Assembly (NCBI GenBank): GCA_965247565.1
Contig: CBDFHF010000003.1
Location: 196,447 to 260,446 of the forward strand
From: Methylococcales bacterium
GTDB taxonomy: Bacteria > Pseudomonadota > Gammaproteobacteria > Methylococcales > Methylomonadaceae
Direction: 5' to 3'
Length of the DNA stretch: 64,000 nt
Shown here: piece by piece, positions 9,796-18,572 of the stretch
How the letters are laid out: each line of letters starts with the position of its first letter
Numbering within the stretch: position 1 is the stretch's first letter
Position numbers and translations under genes: made by a program
Notes under the pieces: generated by a model
Database searches by the model: none
What the model saw: only the letters and a program-made list of their open reading frames with translations
What the model was told of the DNA's origin: nothing

Positions 9796-10521
9796 ATGCC
9801 CCAAACATATATTTCCAGTAAATCGATCCCTGTTCGTGAGCGACTCATTATGGCCCTTGATGTGCCTAGTATCCCAGAAGCACAGGCGCTGGTTGAGGAG
9901 TTGGGCGATTCGGTAATTTTTTATAAAGTCGGCATGGAATTATTTATGTCCGGTGATTATTTCGGTTTTATTGAGTGGTTAAAACAACAGCATAAAAAAG
10001 TATTTGTTGACCTGAAATTTTTTGATGTGCCGGAGACGGTGGGTCGGGCGATTCGCGCGTTAAGCAGTAAAGGCGTTGATCTGGCCACGATTCATGGCAA
10101 CGATGCCATTATGCAAGCCGCAGCAAAAGAAAAAGGCGCGCTCAAAGTGTTGGCGGTAACGGCACTAACCAGTCTAGACCGTGGCGATCTGGACGATTTG
10201 GGTTTTCAATGTGATGTTAAAGAGCTAGTTTTATCTCGTGCCAAGCGAGCGTTGCAAATCGGTTGCGACGGTATTGTATCGTCAGGATTGGAAGTCGCCA
10301 TGCTGCGAGAAGAGTTGGATCATAAACTATTGGTTATTACCCCGGGTATAAGGCCAGTGGAAAACCGCGAAGAAGATGATCAAAAACGCGTAGTCAGTGT
10401 AGAAATGGCTTTCCAAAACGGTGCTGATTATATCGTGGTTGGCAGACCGATCCGAGACGCTGAAAACCGTAAAGACATGGCTGAGAAAATTCAACAGCAA
10501 ATTCTTTCACAATTCAACTAA
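9796..10521 (+). CDS. pyrF: Orotidine 5'-phosphate decarboxylase
   Basis: Motifs 'FVDLKFFDVPETV', 'VTALTS', 'IVVGRPI'; ~230-240 aa. Confidence 0.85.
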   Translation: MPQTYISSKSIPVRERLIMALDVPSIPEAQALVEELGDSVIFYKVGMELFMSGDYFGFIEWLKQQHKKVFVDLKFFDVPETVGRAIRALSSKGVDLATIHGNDAIMQAAAKEKGALKVLAVTALTSLDRGDLDDLGFQCDVKELVLSRAKRALQIGCDGIVSSGLEVAMLREELDHKLLVITPGIRPVENREEDDQKRVVSVEMAFQNGADYIVVGRPIRDAENRKDMAEKIQQQILSQFN

Positions 10522-10531
10522 CTTGATTGCC

Positions 10532-11263
10532 ATGATGGAATTTGACCCGACTTTCACCACCTCCTACCTAGTTGCCTTTGCCATGGGTTTAGCCAGCAGC
10601 ATGCATTGTGTGGGTATGTGCGGCTCCATCATTGGCACGCTGTCGCTCAGCCTTAATCCTGAAATACGCCATAAAAAATTGCTTTTTTTCCCTTTCGTGT
10701 TTAATTACAACTTTGGCCGCATTACCAGCTATGCGATAGCTGGCATGCTGGGCGGAATGATTGAGGCATTGATCACCATGCCGATGGGTGAAATGCATGG
10801 TCATCGGTTGCTGCAATTATTTTCGGCTATCATTATGGCCAGCGCGGGATTTTATATCGCTGGGTGGTTCCCTCGTTTTGCTTACGTCGAAAAATTAGGG
10901 GTGCATTTTTGGAAAAAAATAGAACCTTATGGTCGCAAATTAATCCCGGTAAAAAATCTTACCCAAGCTTATTTATTTGGCATGGTTTGGGGATGGCTGC
11001 CATGCGGACTTGTTTATGCGGCATTGGCTTTGGCCATCACAACTGGCAATATCCTACAAAGCGCGTTAACCATGCTGTCGTTCGGCCTGGGTACTTTACC
11101 CGCTGTCATGGGAGTCGGTATAATGACCTCGGTTTTCACAAAGCTGGCAAGAATGCGACGTTTCAAACAAGCTATAGGTTTATTTATGATTGCACTCGCT
11201 TTGCTGGCTGCCATGCCGTCGCTTAATCCCATGGTTTACAGTGCTCATGCAGCAATACACTGA
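10532..11263 (+). CDS. DsbD_2/UreH-like polytopic membrane protein (COG2836-like) with HCxxMCG and PCG motifs
   Basis: 6-7 TM helices; 'SSMHCVGMCG' in TM1 and 'WLPCGLVY' later; start trimmed to ATG 10532 (the ORF-track start overlaps pyrF). Confidence 0.6.
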   Translation: MMEFDPTFTTSYLVAFAMGLASSMHCVGMCGSIIGTLSLSLNPEIRHKKLLFFPFVFNYNFGRITSYAIAGMLGGMIEALITMPMGEMHGHRLLQLFSAIIMASAGFYIAGWFPRFAYVEKLGVHFWKKIEPYGRKLIPVKNLTQAYLFGMVWGWLPCGLVYAALALAITTGNILQSALTMLSFGLGTLPAVMGVGIMTSVFTKLARMRRFKQAIGLFMIALALLAAMPSLNPMVYSAHAAIH

Positions 11264-11271
11264 GTCAATCT

Positions 11272-12249
11272 ATGGATCATTTTAAAACCATCATTGGTCA
11301 ATCTCCCGAATTAGACACCTTAATCCGTAGCGCAAAAATGATTGCGGGTACCGATGTCACTATTTTGCTCAAGGGCGAAACCGGTACCGGTAAAGAAGTA
11401 CTGGCCACAGCGATACAGAGAGAAAGCAATCGCGCTGATAAACCTTTTATTACTCTGAACTGTGCAGCCTTGCCCGAAACGCTAATTGAATCTGAGTTGT
11501 TTGGTCATAAAAGAGGTTCATTTACCGGGGCCACCAGCAATACTGAAGGCATTTTTAAAGGGGCAGATGGCGGCACTTTGTTTCTTGACGAGGTAAATTC
11601 TTTACCTTTATCCATTCAGTCAAAACTACTGCGTTTCCTTGATTCCGGCGAATGCATGGCCGTAGGTGACTCCAAACCCTACAAAGTCAACGCCAGAATC
11701 ATCGCCGCAACCAACAGTGATTTAAATAAACAAATTCAGGAAGGGACTTTCAGACAAGATTTATATTTTAGACTGAACGTTGTGCCGTTGGAATTACCGC
11801 CATTATCGGAACGTATTGCTGATATTGATTTATTGATTAAACATTTCATGACTGGGTTCGCTCAAGAGCATGCTGTTACCGCACCTAAATTCAGTAGACA
11901 TGCCCTGAGAGTACTAAAAACCTATAGCTGGCCTGGGAATGTGCGTGAATTGCGAAATTTATGCGAACGCATGTGCATACTGTTTGCTGGCAGAACTATT
12001 GATCTGGACAGTATCCCTGCTGAGTATAGCTACGGTGGCAGCGCGGCAGAAGAGGACTCATCCACTAGCCGAGTTAAACTGCCTGAAATGGGCTTGCAAC
12101 TGGATCGCCTAGAGGCCGACTTAATCAATCAAGCACTGAGCAGAACCAAAGGTAATTGCAGTAAATCGGCGAAGTTATTAGGTATATCAAGAGATACTTT
12201 GCTGTACCGCATGCAAAAACACGGCTTCGTGGAAACATCTTCACATTAG
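11272..12249 (+). CDS. Sigma-54-dependent transcriptional activator lacking an N-terminal regulatory domain (PspF-like architecture)
   Basis: AAA+ sigma-54 interaction domain (Walker A 'GETGTGKE', GAFTGA-like 'GSFTGA', 'FRQDLYFRL') plus a C-terminal Fis-type HTH; 325 aa, the same size as PspF. Confidence 0.8.
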   Translation: MDHFKTIIGQSPELDTLIRSAKMIAGTDVTILLKGETGTGKEVLATAIQRESNRADKPFITLNCAALPETLIESELFGHKRGSFTGATSNTEGIFKGADGGTLFLDEVNSLPLSIQSKLLRFLDSGECMAVGDSKPYKVNARIIAATNSDLNKQIQEGTFRQDLYFRLNVVPLELPPLSERIADIDLLIKHFMTGFAQEHAVTAPKFSRHALRVLKTYSWPGNVRELRNLCERMCILFAGRTIDLDSIPAEYSYGGSAAEEDSSTSRVKLPEMGLQLDRLEADLINQALSRTKGNCSKSAKLLGISRDTLLYRMQKHGFVETSSH

Positions 12250-12306
12250 GAAGCTTCAGCAAAGTTTTTTGTTCGTATCAACTCAATCTAAGCGGCAACA
12301 AACGCA

Positions 12307-14295
12307 TTACATTCCATCGGAATAAACAACTATCCCTGTTTTTTTCTGCTTAGCAAGAATCATTGCGTTTTCTGCCTGACGAACTAACTCTTCGCCATCT
12401 TTGCTATTTTTAGGATAAATGGCGATGCCAATATGCGGGCTTAAAACAAACTTTTTGCTGTTCAAAATATAAGGCTGCACCAGTGTTACGAGTATTTTTT
12501 TAGCGACCAGAACGGCCGAATCCACATCCGTTTCCGTTAAAATCAGGGCAAAGCTATCTTGATTAAGCCGCGACACCACATCCGACTGGCGAAGATTAAG
12601 CAGCAACCTGTCAGCGGATTCCTTGATAATTTCACCATCCGTTATTTCATCCTCATCTTCATCGTCCTCTTCACTATCCATCCAGCCAAGTTGCAGATAA
12701 ACCAAGGCAAACACGGTATTCTGACGATCGGCCAGACGCGAAATTTGCTGAATTCGGTCATCAAACAAACGCTGAGTAGCAAAACCGGTCAGCTCATCGT
12801 AATAAGATAGCCGGATTAAGCGTTGTTTCCGGCTGGTAATATCATGAACAAATCCGTCTATGCCTGTGCAATTGCCGTACTCATCGTAAATAGGCGCATC
12901 GATTATCTCAAGCCAGTGAATACCCCGTTTTGAATCTACTATTTCCAATTCATAAGCAGGACTGGGCACGCCTAATGCGCACAAATCCGTATATTTTGCC
13001 ATCTTCTGGTTTATAGGGTTTTCGGTCAGGTAGTCGCGGTAATGCTCCATAAAATCTTCAGCGGAATAACCCAGAATATAAGTCACCGAAGGACTAACAT
13101 AAGTAAATTCGCCCTGATTGTCGCGCTGATAAAAGAAATATTCGTTGCGTAAATTTTCCAGCAAATTACGAAATTTATACTCGGTTGAATTCAACTCCAT
13201 CGTTCGCGTTAAAGCTAAATGTTCCAAATCGCTTTGCAGCGACGCTACTTTTAAATTTGCGTCTTCAGCAGCTTGGGTTAACTGTCTGATTTTTCTATTC
13301 TGCCGTTTTGATTGCCAAACCCAAAGCAACAACACTGTCGCCACTGCAAGATTAATATACGCATTGCCTCCGGTTAGATAATTATTTTTTTCAGGAGTAG
13401 GCGCAACTGCGACGGGCTGCGGCACAGGTGGCGCTTTCGCCACCGGCGCAACCACCTCTTTCGGTTTATCTTGCGGCATCCATTTTGCAAAAATTAGTTG
13501 TTTTTCTTCTTCAGTGACAGAATCCAGCGCTTTTTGCAGAATATCGGTTAAGACCGGCCAGTCTTTGCGTACTGCAATGCTTTCATTAGCGCTATCGCGT
13601 TCAAAAAAATCAGCAACCTTCAGATCGGGATAGGGATAATTGAGTTGTAAATAATTTGCAGTTGCCAAAAAAGTGATGACGGCATCTGATTGCTCTGAGT
13701 TAACCGCGTCAAACCCCTCTTTCATGGACTTGACCCAATGGGCTTTTATCTTGGGAAACTCTTTTATAATGCGCTCGGTGTACTCGTAGTTTTCATTCAG
13801 GGCTACGCTTTTTGCCAAAATATCCTTGCGGGTCTTGATGGAATCATTGGTCTTTTTAGTCACAATGACCAGGGATTTGGTCAGATAAGGCTTGGTAAAA
13901 TTAAACCACGCATACCGATCCGGCCGATCTACCATGGTAGCGATGACGTCAGCCTGTTGATCAACAACAGCTTTGTAAATATCATCCCAATTAGTTTTTG
14001 GATAGGTAACAAAATCAATGCCTAAGCGCCGGCTCAATAACGCCATAAAATCGACAGCGATACCTTCAAGATTACCTGATTCATCAATAAAGCTATAAGG
14101 CGCAAAACTGCCATCGTAAGCAACGCGTATGCTTTTATGTGTTGCTAACCATTTTTTTTCTTTTGCTGTTAACTGCAATACCGGTTGATCGACCGCCGCA
14201 CTGGCCAGTAAAGGAAAAATAAACAAACACAGACAGCAGAATGCTTTAGCAGAAATCAGGTATTTGTTATCCACTGTATTTTCCATTTTATGCAA
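12307..14295 (-). CDS. Membrane sensor protein: periplasmic SBP_bac_3 domain, TM, PAS, GGDEF-like domain with a degenerate active site (NQDSF)
   Basis: Signal peptide; periplasmic-binding-protein family 3 fold; Pro-rich linker; a single TM; PAS; GGDEF fold in which GG(D/E)EF is replaced by 'NQDSF' while the RxxD I-site ('RQSD') five residues upstream is retained; an acidic insert 'DSEEDDEDEDE'. Confidence 0.75.
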   Translation of the reverse strand: MHKMENTVDNKYLISAKAFCCLCLFIFPLLASAAVDQPVLQLTAKEKKWLATHKSIRVAYDGSFAPYSFIDESGNLEGIAVDFMALLSRRLGIDFVTYPKTNWDDIYKAVVDQQADVIATMVDRPDRYAWFNFTKPYLTKSLVIVTKKTNDSIKTRKDILAKSVALNENYEYTERIIKEFPKIKAHWVKSMKEGFDAVNSEQSDAVITFLATANYLQLNYPYPDLKVADFFERDSANESIAVRKDWPVLTDILQKALDSVTEEEKQLIFAKWMPQDKPKEVVAPVAKAPPVPQPVAVAPTPEKNNYLTGGNAYINLAVATVLLLWVWQSKRQNRKIRQLTQAAEDANLKVASLQSDLEHLALTRTMELNSTEYKFRNLLENLRNEYFFYQRDNQGEFTYVSPSVTYILGYSAEDFMEHYRDYLTENPINQKMAKYTDLCALGVPSPAYELEIVDSKRGIHWLEIIDAPIYDEYGNCTGIDGFVHDITSRKQRLIRLSYYDELTGFATQRLFDDRIQQISRLADRQNTVFALVYLQLGWMDSEEDDEDEDEITDGEIIKESADRLLLNLRQSDVVSRLNQDSFALILTETDVDSAVLVAKKILVTLVQPYILNSKKFVLSPHIGIAIYPKNSKDGEELVRQAENAMILAKQKKTGIVVYSDGM

Positions 14296-14513
14296 AAAGG
14301 TGGCGCATTATAGCGTTTAATCCGCACCAAACAGGCATTATATCCGTACACAACACACGTTTTTGCAAAGCAAAAAAACATATCAAACGGACTGACTCAT
14401 TAATAACTGAGTATGAAGGCTAGGCTCAAAACAGCTACAATAGCCTTGTAAGCAAAAGCTTAGACTTCCCTAATCTGCATTTATAATAAGCCGCACTAAC
14501 CACTGAGATCGGA

Positions 14514-16601
14514 ATGGCAAAAGAACCCAAAACAGAACCCCTGGAAAAACAACTCTGGAAAGCCGCCGATAAGCTGCGCAAAAACATTGATGCCGCAGAA
14601 TATAAACACATCGTGTTAGGTTTGATTTTTCTCAAATACATTTCAGACTCGTTTGAACAGCACTTCGCCACGTTACAGGCAGGCGAAGGCGAATATGCAG
14701 GCGCCGATCCGGAAGATAAAGATGAATATGCGGCAGAAAACGTGTTCTTTGTGCCGCAAGATGCACGTTGGAGTTATTTGCAATCTAATGCGCGCCAACC
14801 AGACATTGGCAAAATAGCGGATGCAGCAATGGATGCGATTGAAGCAGAAAATGCCTCACTTAAAGGTGTACTCCCCAAAGTATTTGCCCGCGACAATTTA
14901 GACCCCGCAAGCTTAGGTCAGCTCATTGATTTAGTCGGCAATATCGCGCTAGGTGATGCCAAATCGCGCAGCGCCGATGTGCTAGGACATGTATTTGAAT
15001 ACTTCCTCGGTGAGTTTGCTTTGGCCGAAGGCAAACAAGGTGGGCAGTTCTATACGCCGCGCTCAGTGGTGGAGTTGTTGGTCGAGATGCTTGAGCCTTA
15101 CCAAGGCCGTGTCTTCGACCCATGCTGTGGCTCTGGCGGTATGTTTGTGCAATCTGAAAAGTTTGTGGCAGACCACCAAGGCCGTGTGAATGATATTTCG
15201 ATTTACGGGCAAGAGAGCAACCAAACCACATGGCGCTTGGCGAAGATGAACCTTGCCATTCGCGGTATTGAAGCCTCACAGGTCAAATGGAACAACGAAG
15301 GCAGCTTTTTAAACGACGCGCATAAAGATGTAAAAGCCGATTACATCATTGCCAACCCGCCATTCAATGTAAGTGATTGGTCGGGCGAACTACTGCGCAC
15401 CGATGGCCGCTGGCAATATGGCGTACCGCCCGCAGGCAATGCCAACTTTGCATGGCTGCAACACTTTATCTATCACCTTTCCCCCACAGGTCAAGCAGGC
15501 GTGGTGCTGGCTAAAGGCGCACTCACCAGTAAAACCAGTGGGGAGGGAGACATCCGCAAAGCGCTGATTGAGCAAGGCAACGTCATTGATTGCATCGTTA
15601 ACCTGCCAGCCAAGTTATTCCTCAATACGCAAATCCCCGCCGCCTTGTGGTTTATGCGCCGCAACAGAAATACTCCCTCGCCCTTTAAGGGAGAGGGCGG
15701 GGGTGAGGGTAAAAAGCAACAAGCCTTCGCCGACCGCAGTAACGAGATTTTGTTTATTGATGCCCGCAACCTAGGCCACCTCATCAATCGCCGCACCAAA
15801 GAGCTGAGCCATGAGGACATTAAACAAATCACTGACACCTACCATGCTTGGCGCAATGCACCATCACCCCTAGCCCCTCTCCCAAAGGGCGAAGGGAATC
15901 CCCCAGAACCCTCTCCCTCTGGGAGAGGGCAGGGTGAGGGAAGCAGTGAGGGCAATAAACTACCAGAGAAACTGCTTGAAAACGCACGAAAATTACGAAA
16001 AAATCAAACCGATGCTGAAGCTCTACTTTGGAGTTTGTTGCGCAGCCGTCAGCTTAATGATTGTAAATTTCGCCGTCAGCACCCTGTAGAGCCTTATATT
16101 CTCGACTTTTACTGCCATGAAGAAAAGCTAGCGATTGAATTGGATGGCGGACAACACAATACAGAATCTGCCATTGCTAATGACCATAAAAGAACCGAGT
16201 ATCTAAAATCACAAGGTATTACCGTATTACGGTTTTGGAATAATGACGTATTGCAAAATACCGAATCTGTGTTGCAGCAAATATATAGCACCCTCACCCC
16301 AGCCCTCTCCCAAAGGGAGAGGGAGTCAAAAGCAGAACCCTCGCCCTTTGGGAGAGGGCTGGGTGAGGGGAAAGCCTACCAAGACATCCCCGGCTTCTGC
16401 GCATCCGTCAGCCTAGAGCGCGTCAAAGAACTCGATTACGTGCTCACCCCAGGCCGTTATGTTGGCCTACCCGATGATGAAGATGACTTTAACTTTGCCG
16501 AGCGCTTTAACGCCCTAAAAGCAGAATTTGAAGCGCAGTTGGTGGAGGAAGATAAACTGAATAAAGCCATTGCAGAGAACTTGGCGAGGGTGAAGTTGTG
16601 A
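14514..16601 (+). CDS. hsdM: Type I restriction-modification DNA methyltransferase subunit HsdM carrying two in-frame insertions (a solo palindromic repeat, and a DUF559 domain flanked by palindromic repeats)
   Basis: HsdM_N region, N6-adenine MTase motif 'IIANPPFN', typical C-terminal 'LTPGRYVG...' segment; 695 aa versus ~520-540 aa for typical HsdM. The extra residues map to GC-rich repeats and a DUF559 block. Confidence 0.85.
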   Translation: MAKEPKTEPLEKQLWKAADKLRKNIDAAEYKHIVLGLIFLKYISDSFEQHFATLQAGEGEYAGADPEDKDEYAAENVFFVPQDARWSYLQSNARQPDIGKIADAAMDAIEAENASLKGVLPKVFARDNLDPASLGQLIDLVGNIALGDAKSRSADVLGHVFEYFLGEFALAEGKQGGQFYTPRSVVELLVEMLEPYQGRVFDPCCGSGGMFVQSEKFVADHQGRVNDISIYGQESNQTTWRLAKMNLAIRGIEASQVKWNNEGSFLNDAHKDVKADYIIANPPFNVSDWSGELLRTDGRWQYGVPPAGNANFAWLQHFIYHLSPTGQAGVVLAKGALTSKTSGEGDIRKALIEQGNVIDCIVNLPAKLFLNTQIPAALWFMRRNRNTPSPFKGEGGGEGKKQQAFADRSNEILFIDARNLGHLINRRTKELSHEDIKQITDTYHAWRNAPSPLAPLPKGEGNPPEPSPSGRGQGEGSSEGNKLPEKLLENARKLRKNQTDAEALLWSLLRSRQLNDCKFRRQHPVEPYILDFYCHEEKLAIELDGGQHNTESAIANDHKRTEYLKSQGITVLRFWNNDVLQNTESVLQQIYSTLTPALSQRERESKAEPSPFGRGLGEGKAYQDIPGFCASVSLERVKELDYVLTPGRYVGLPDDEDDFNFAERFNALKAEFEAQLVEEDKLNKAIAENLARVKL
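15674..15709. repeat. Solo GC-rich palindromic repeat inside hsdM, translated in frame as '[12 protein letters not shown]'
   Basis: 'tccctcgccctttaagggagagggcgggggtgaggg' is an imperfect inverted repeat. It shares the unit GGGAGAGGGC(N)GGGTGAGGG with the repeats at 15860-15952 and 16282-16362. Confidence 0.7.
15859..16372 (+). mobile_element. In-frame insertion in hsdM: DUF559 (Vsr-like PD-(D/E)xK endonuclease) domain (~15957-16293) bracketed by GC-rich palindromic repeat modules (15860-15952 and 16282-16362)
   Basis: DUF559 consensus '[24 protein letters not shown]...[30 protein letters not shown]...[10 protein letters not shown]'. Flanks are nested inverted repeats ('ccctcaccccagccctctcccaaagggagaggg ... 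ccctcgccctttgggagagggctgggtgagggg') encoding PSP-GRG-GEG peptides. HsdM sequence resumes normally after the insert. Confidence 0.8.
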
Positions 16602-17779
16602 GTGAGTGGAGTTCTTTAAAGCTTGCTGATGCACCATTAGAGATTTTGGATGGTGACAGAGGTAAAAACTATCCATCACAAGATGAGTTTACAGATTTTG
16701 GATATTGCTTATTTTTAAGTACAAAAAATGTTCGATCAATTGGTTTCGATTTTTCAGAGTGCCAATTTATTTCAAAACAGAGAGACGAACTTTTACGTAA
16801 AGGGCGACTTGAGCGCAATGATGTTGTACTCACAACAAGAGGCACAGTTGGTAATTTAGGTTTCTTTAATGAAAAGGTAAATTACGAAAAAATTAGAATA
16901 AATTCAGGCATGGTCATAATAAGACCAGATGCGACAAAACTATTACCAGCTTTTAATTTCTATACTTTTAGAAAATTACAATCAGACTTTTTAACATTCA
17001 CATCAGGCAGTGCTCAACCTCAGTTACCAATTAGAGATTTAAAAGAAATTGAAATCTCAATACCACCACTCGAAGAACAAAAAGCCATCGCCTCAGTTCT
17101 CAGCAGCTTGGATGACAAAATCGACCTGCTCAACCGCCAAAACACCACCCTAGAAAGCATGGCCGAAACGCTGTTTAGACAGTGGTTTGTAGAAGAAGCG
17201 CAGGAGGATTGGGAGGAAGGTAAACTTTCAGATGTGTCCGACAACATAAGGCAATCCGTCCAAGCAAAAGATATTCAGGCAACTACTAAATACATCGGTT
17301 TAGAGCATATTGACCGTCGTAATATTGCACTCAAACAATATGGTGTTGGCGAGGATGTTAGTAGTAACAAGTATGCTTTTGAAAAAAATGATATTTTATT
17401 TGGTAAGTTAAGGCCGTACTTTCATAAAGTATGTTTCTCCCCATTCTCTGGAATATGCTCAACTGACATTTTAGTTATCAGGCCAAAATCCTCCGATTAT
17501 TTTGCATTCTGTTTGTTTGCATACTTTCAGAATGATGTAGTTGAGTATGCTAATTTAGGCTCAGGCGGGACACGAATGCCAAGAACTGATTGGGAAACAC
17601 TTAAACAATACCCAATTTCATTGCCTGACAAAAACACACTTTTGAAATTTAACGATATAGTTTTACCATCAATAAATCAAATTACTGAAAATTTGGTGCA
17701 AATCCAAACCCTAGAAAAACTCCGCGACAACTTGCTCCCTAAGTTGATGAACGGTGAGATAAGGATTAACAATGACTAA
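16598..17779 (+). CDS. hsdS: Type I restriction-modification specificity subunit HsdS (two target-recognition domains)
   Basis: Two TRDs separated by a central conserved region, C-terminal conserved helix '[12 protein letters not shown]'; GTG start overlaps the hsdM stop (GTGA); markedly AT-rich relative to hsdM/hsdR. Confidence 0.85.
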   Translation: MSEWSSLKLADAPLEILDGDRGKNYPSQDEFTDFGYCLFLSTKNVRSIGFDFSECQFISKQRDELLRKGRLERNDVVLTTRGTVGNLGFFNEKVNYEKIRINSGMVIIRPDATKLLPAFNFYTFRKLQSDFLTFTSGSAQPQLPIRDLKEIEISIPPLEEQKAIASVLSSLDDKIDLLNRQNTTLESMAETLFRQWFVEEAQEDWEEGKLSDVSDNIRQSVQAKDIQATTKYIGLEHIDRRNIALKQYGVGEDVSSNKYAFEKNDILFGKLRPYFHKVCFSPFSGICSTDILVIRPKSSDYFAFCLFAYFQNDVVEYANLGSGGTRMPRTDWETLKQYPISLPDKNTLLKFNDIVLPSINQITENLVQIQTLEKLRDNLLPKLMNGEIRINND

Positions 17780-17790
17780 TCAAAAAGCTC

Positions 17791-17873
17791 GTAGGTTGGG
17801 CTGAAGAATGAAGCCCAACAAATGTTGCAACATACGCTAAACGTTGGGCTTCCAAAAGTCAGCCCAACCTACA
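17791..17873. repeat. REP/BIME-like palindromic units upstream of the RAYT gene
   Basis: 'gtagg-GTTGGGCT-gaagaatga-AGCCCAAC' and 'GTTGGGCT-tccaaaagtc-AGCCCAAC-ctac': two hairpins sharing the same 8-bp stem, bounded by gtagg/cctac. Confidence 0.7.
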
Positions 17874-17895
17874 AGATGATGAAATTTGGGGGGTA

Positions 17896-18429
17896 ATGGT
17901 TTTGCGTTATCGACGAGCGGATGTGGCAGGCGGCACTTATTTTTTTACGGTGAATTTGGCGGATAGAAAAGTCGATTTGTTAACACGCCATCTTGATGAT
18001 TTGCGCGAGGTGATTAACAAGGTTAAACAGGCGCATCCTTTTGTGATTGAGGCGATGGTGGTGTTGCCCGAACATTTGCATGCGATTTGGCGTTTGCCGC
18101 ACGATGATGTGGATTTTCCTATGCGGTGGAGTTTGATTAAGGCAGGGTTTTCGCGCCGTATGGATAAAACTGAACCTATACGCGCCAGCCGCCAAGCAAA
18201 ACGTGAGCGTGGTATTTGGCAACGCCGCTATTGGGAGCACATCATCAGAGATGAAAACGATTTTGAGCGGCATGTGGATTATATTCATTACAACCCTGTG
18301 AAACATGGGCATGTGCAACGTGTGATTGATTGGCCGTTTTCGACATTTCACCACTATGTGGAGCGAGGGTTTCTGCCATCGGATTGGGGAGATGGCGAGG
18401 TAGATATTTTGACGGGCAGTGAAAGGTAA
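17896..18429 (+). CDS. REP-associated tyrosine transposase (RAYT / TnpA_REP, IS200/IS605 Y1 family)
   Basis: HuH motif 'PEHLHAIW' and catalytic Tyr region 'YIHYNPVKHG'; 177 aa; flanked on both sides by inverted REP units. Confidence 0.85.
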   Translation: MVLRYRRADVAGGTYFFTVNLADRKVDLLTRHLDDLREVINKVKQAHPFVIEAMVVLPEHLHAIWRLPHDDVDFPMRWSLIKAGFSRRMDKTEPIRASRQAKRERGIWQRRYWEHIIRDENDFERHVDYIHYNPVKHGHVQRVIDWPFSTFHHYVERGFLPSDWGDGEVDILTGSER

Positions 18430-18442
18430 TATGTTTGTTCTG

Positions 18443-18519
18443 TAGGTTGGGTAGAGGCACCAAGCTCAACGGATTGATACGGTAAATGTGGGGCTTCCTT
18501 ACGTCAGACCAACCTACGG
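18443..18519. repeat. REP/BIME-like palindromic units downstream of the RAYT gene (degenerate copies of the upstream units)
   Basis: 'gtaggttgggtagagg...' and 'gtggggcttccttacgtcagaccaacctacgg', bounded by gtagg/cctac as on the other side. Confidence 0.65.
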
Positions 18520-18572
18520 ACTAACAGTAATAATGTAGCCTGATCATTAACTGAAACAAAAATAAATCTGAG

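Noticed and set aside
15670-16372. GC-rich regularly recurring repeats considered as a possible CRISPR array
   Set aside because: The repeats are palindromic, irregularly spaced, differ in orientation and are translated in frame within hsdM; there are no uniform spacers and no cas genes.
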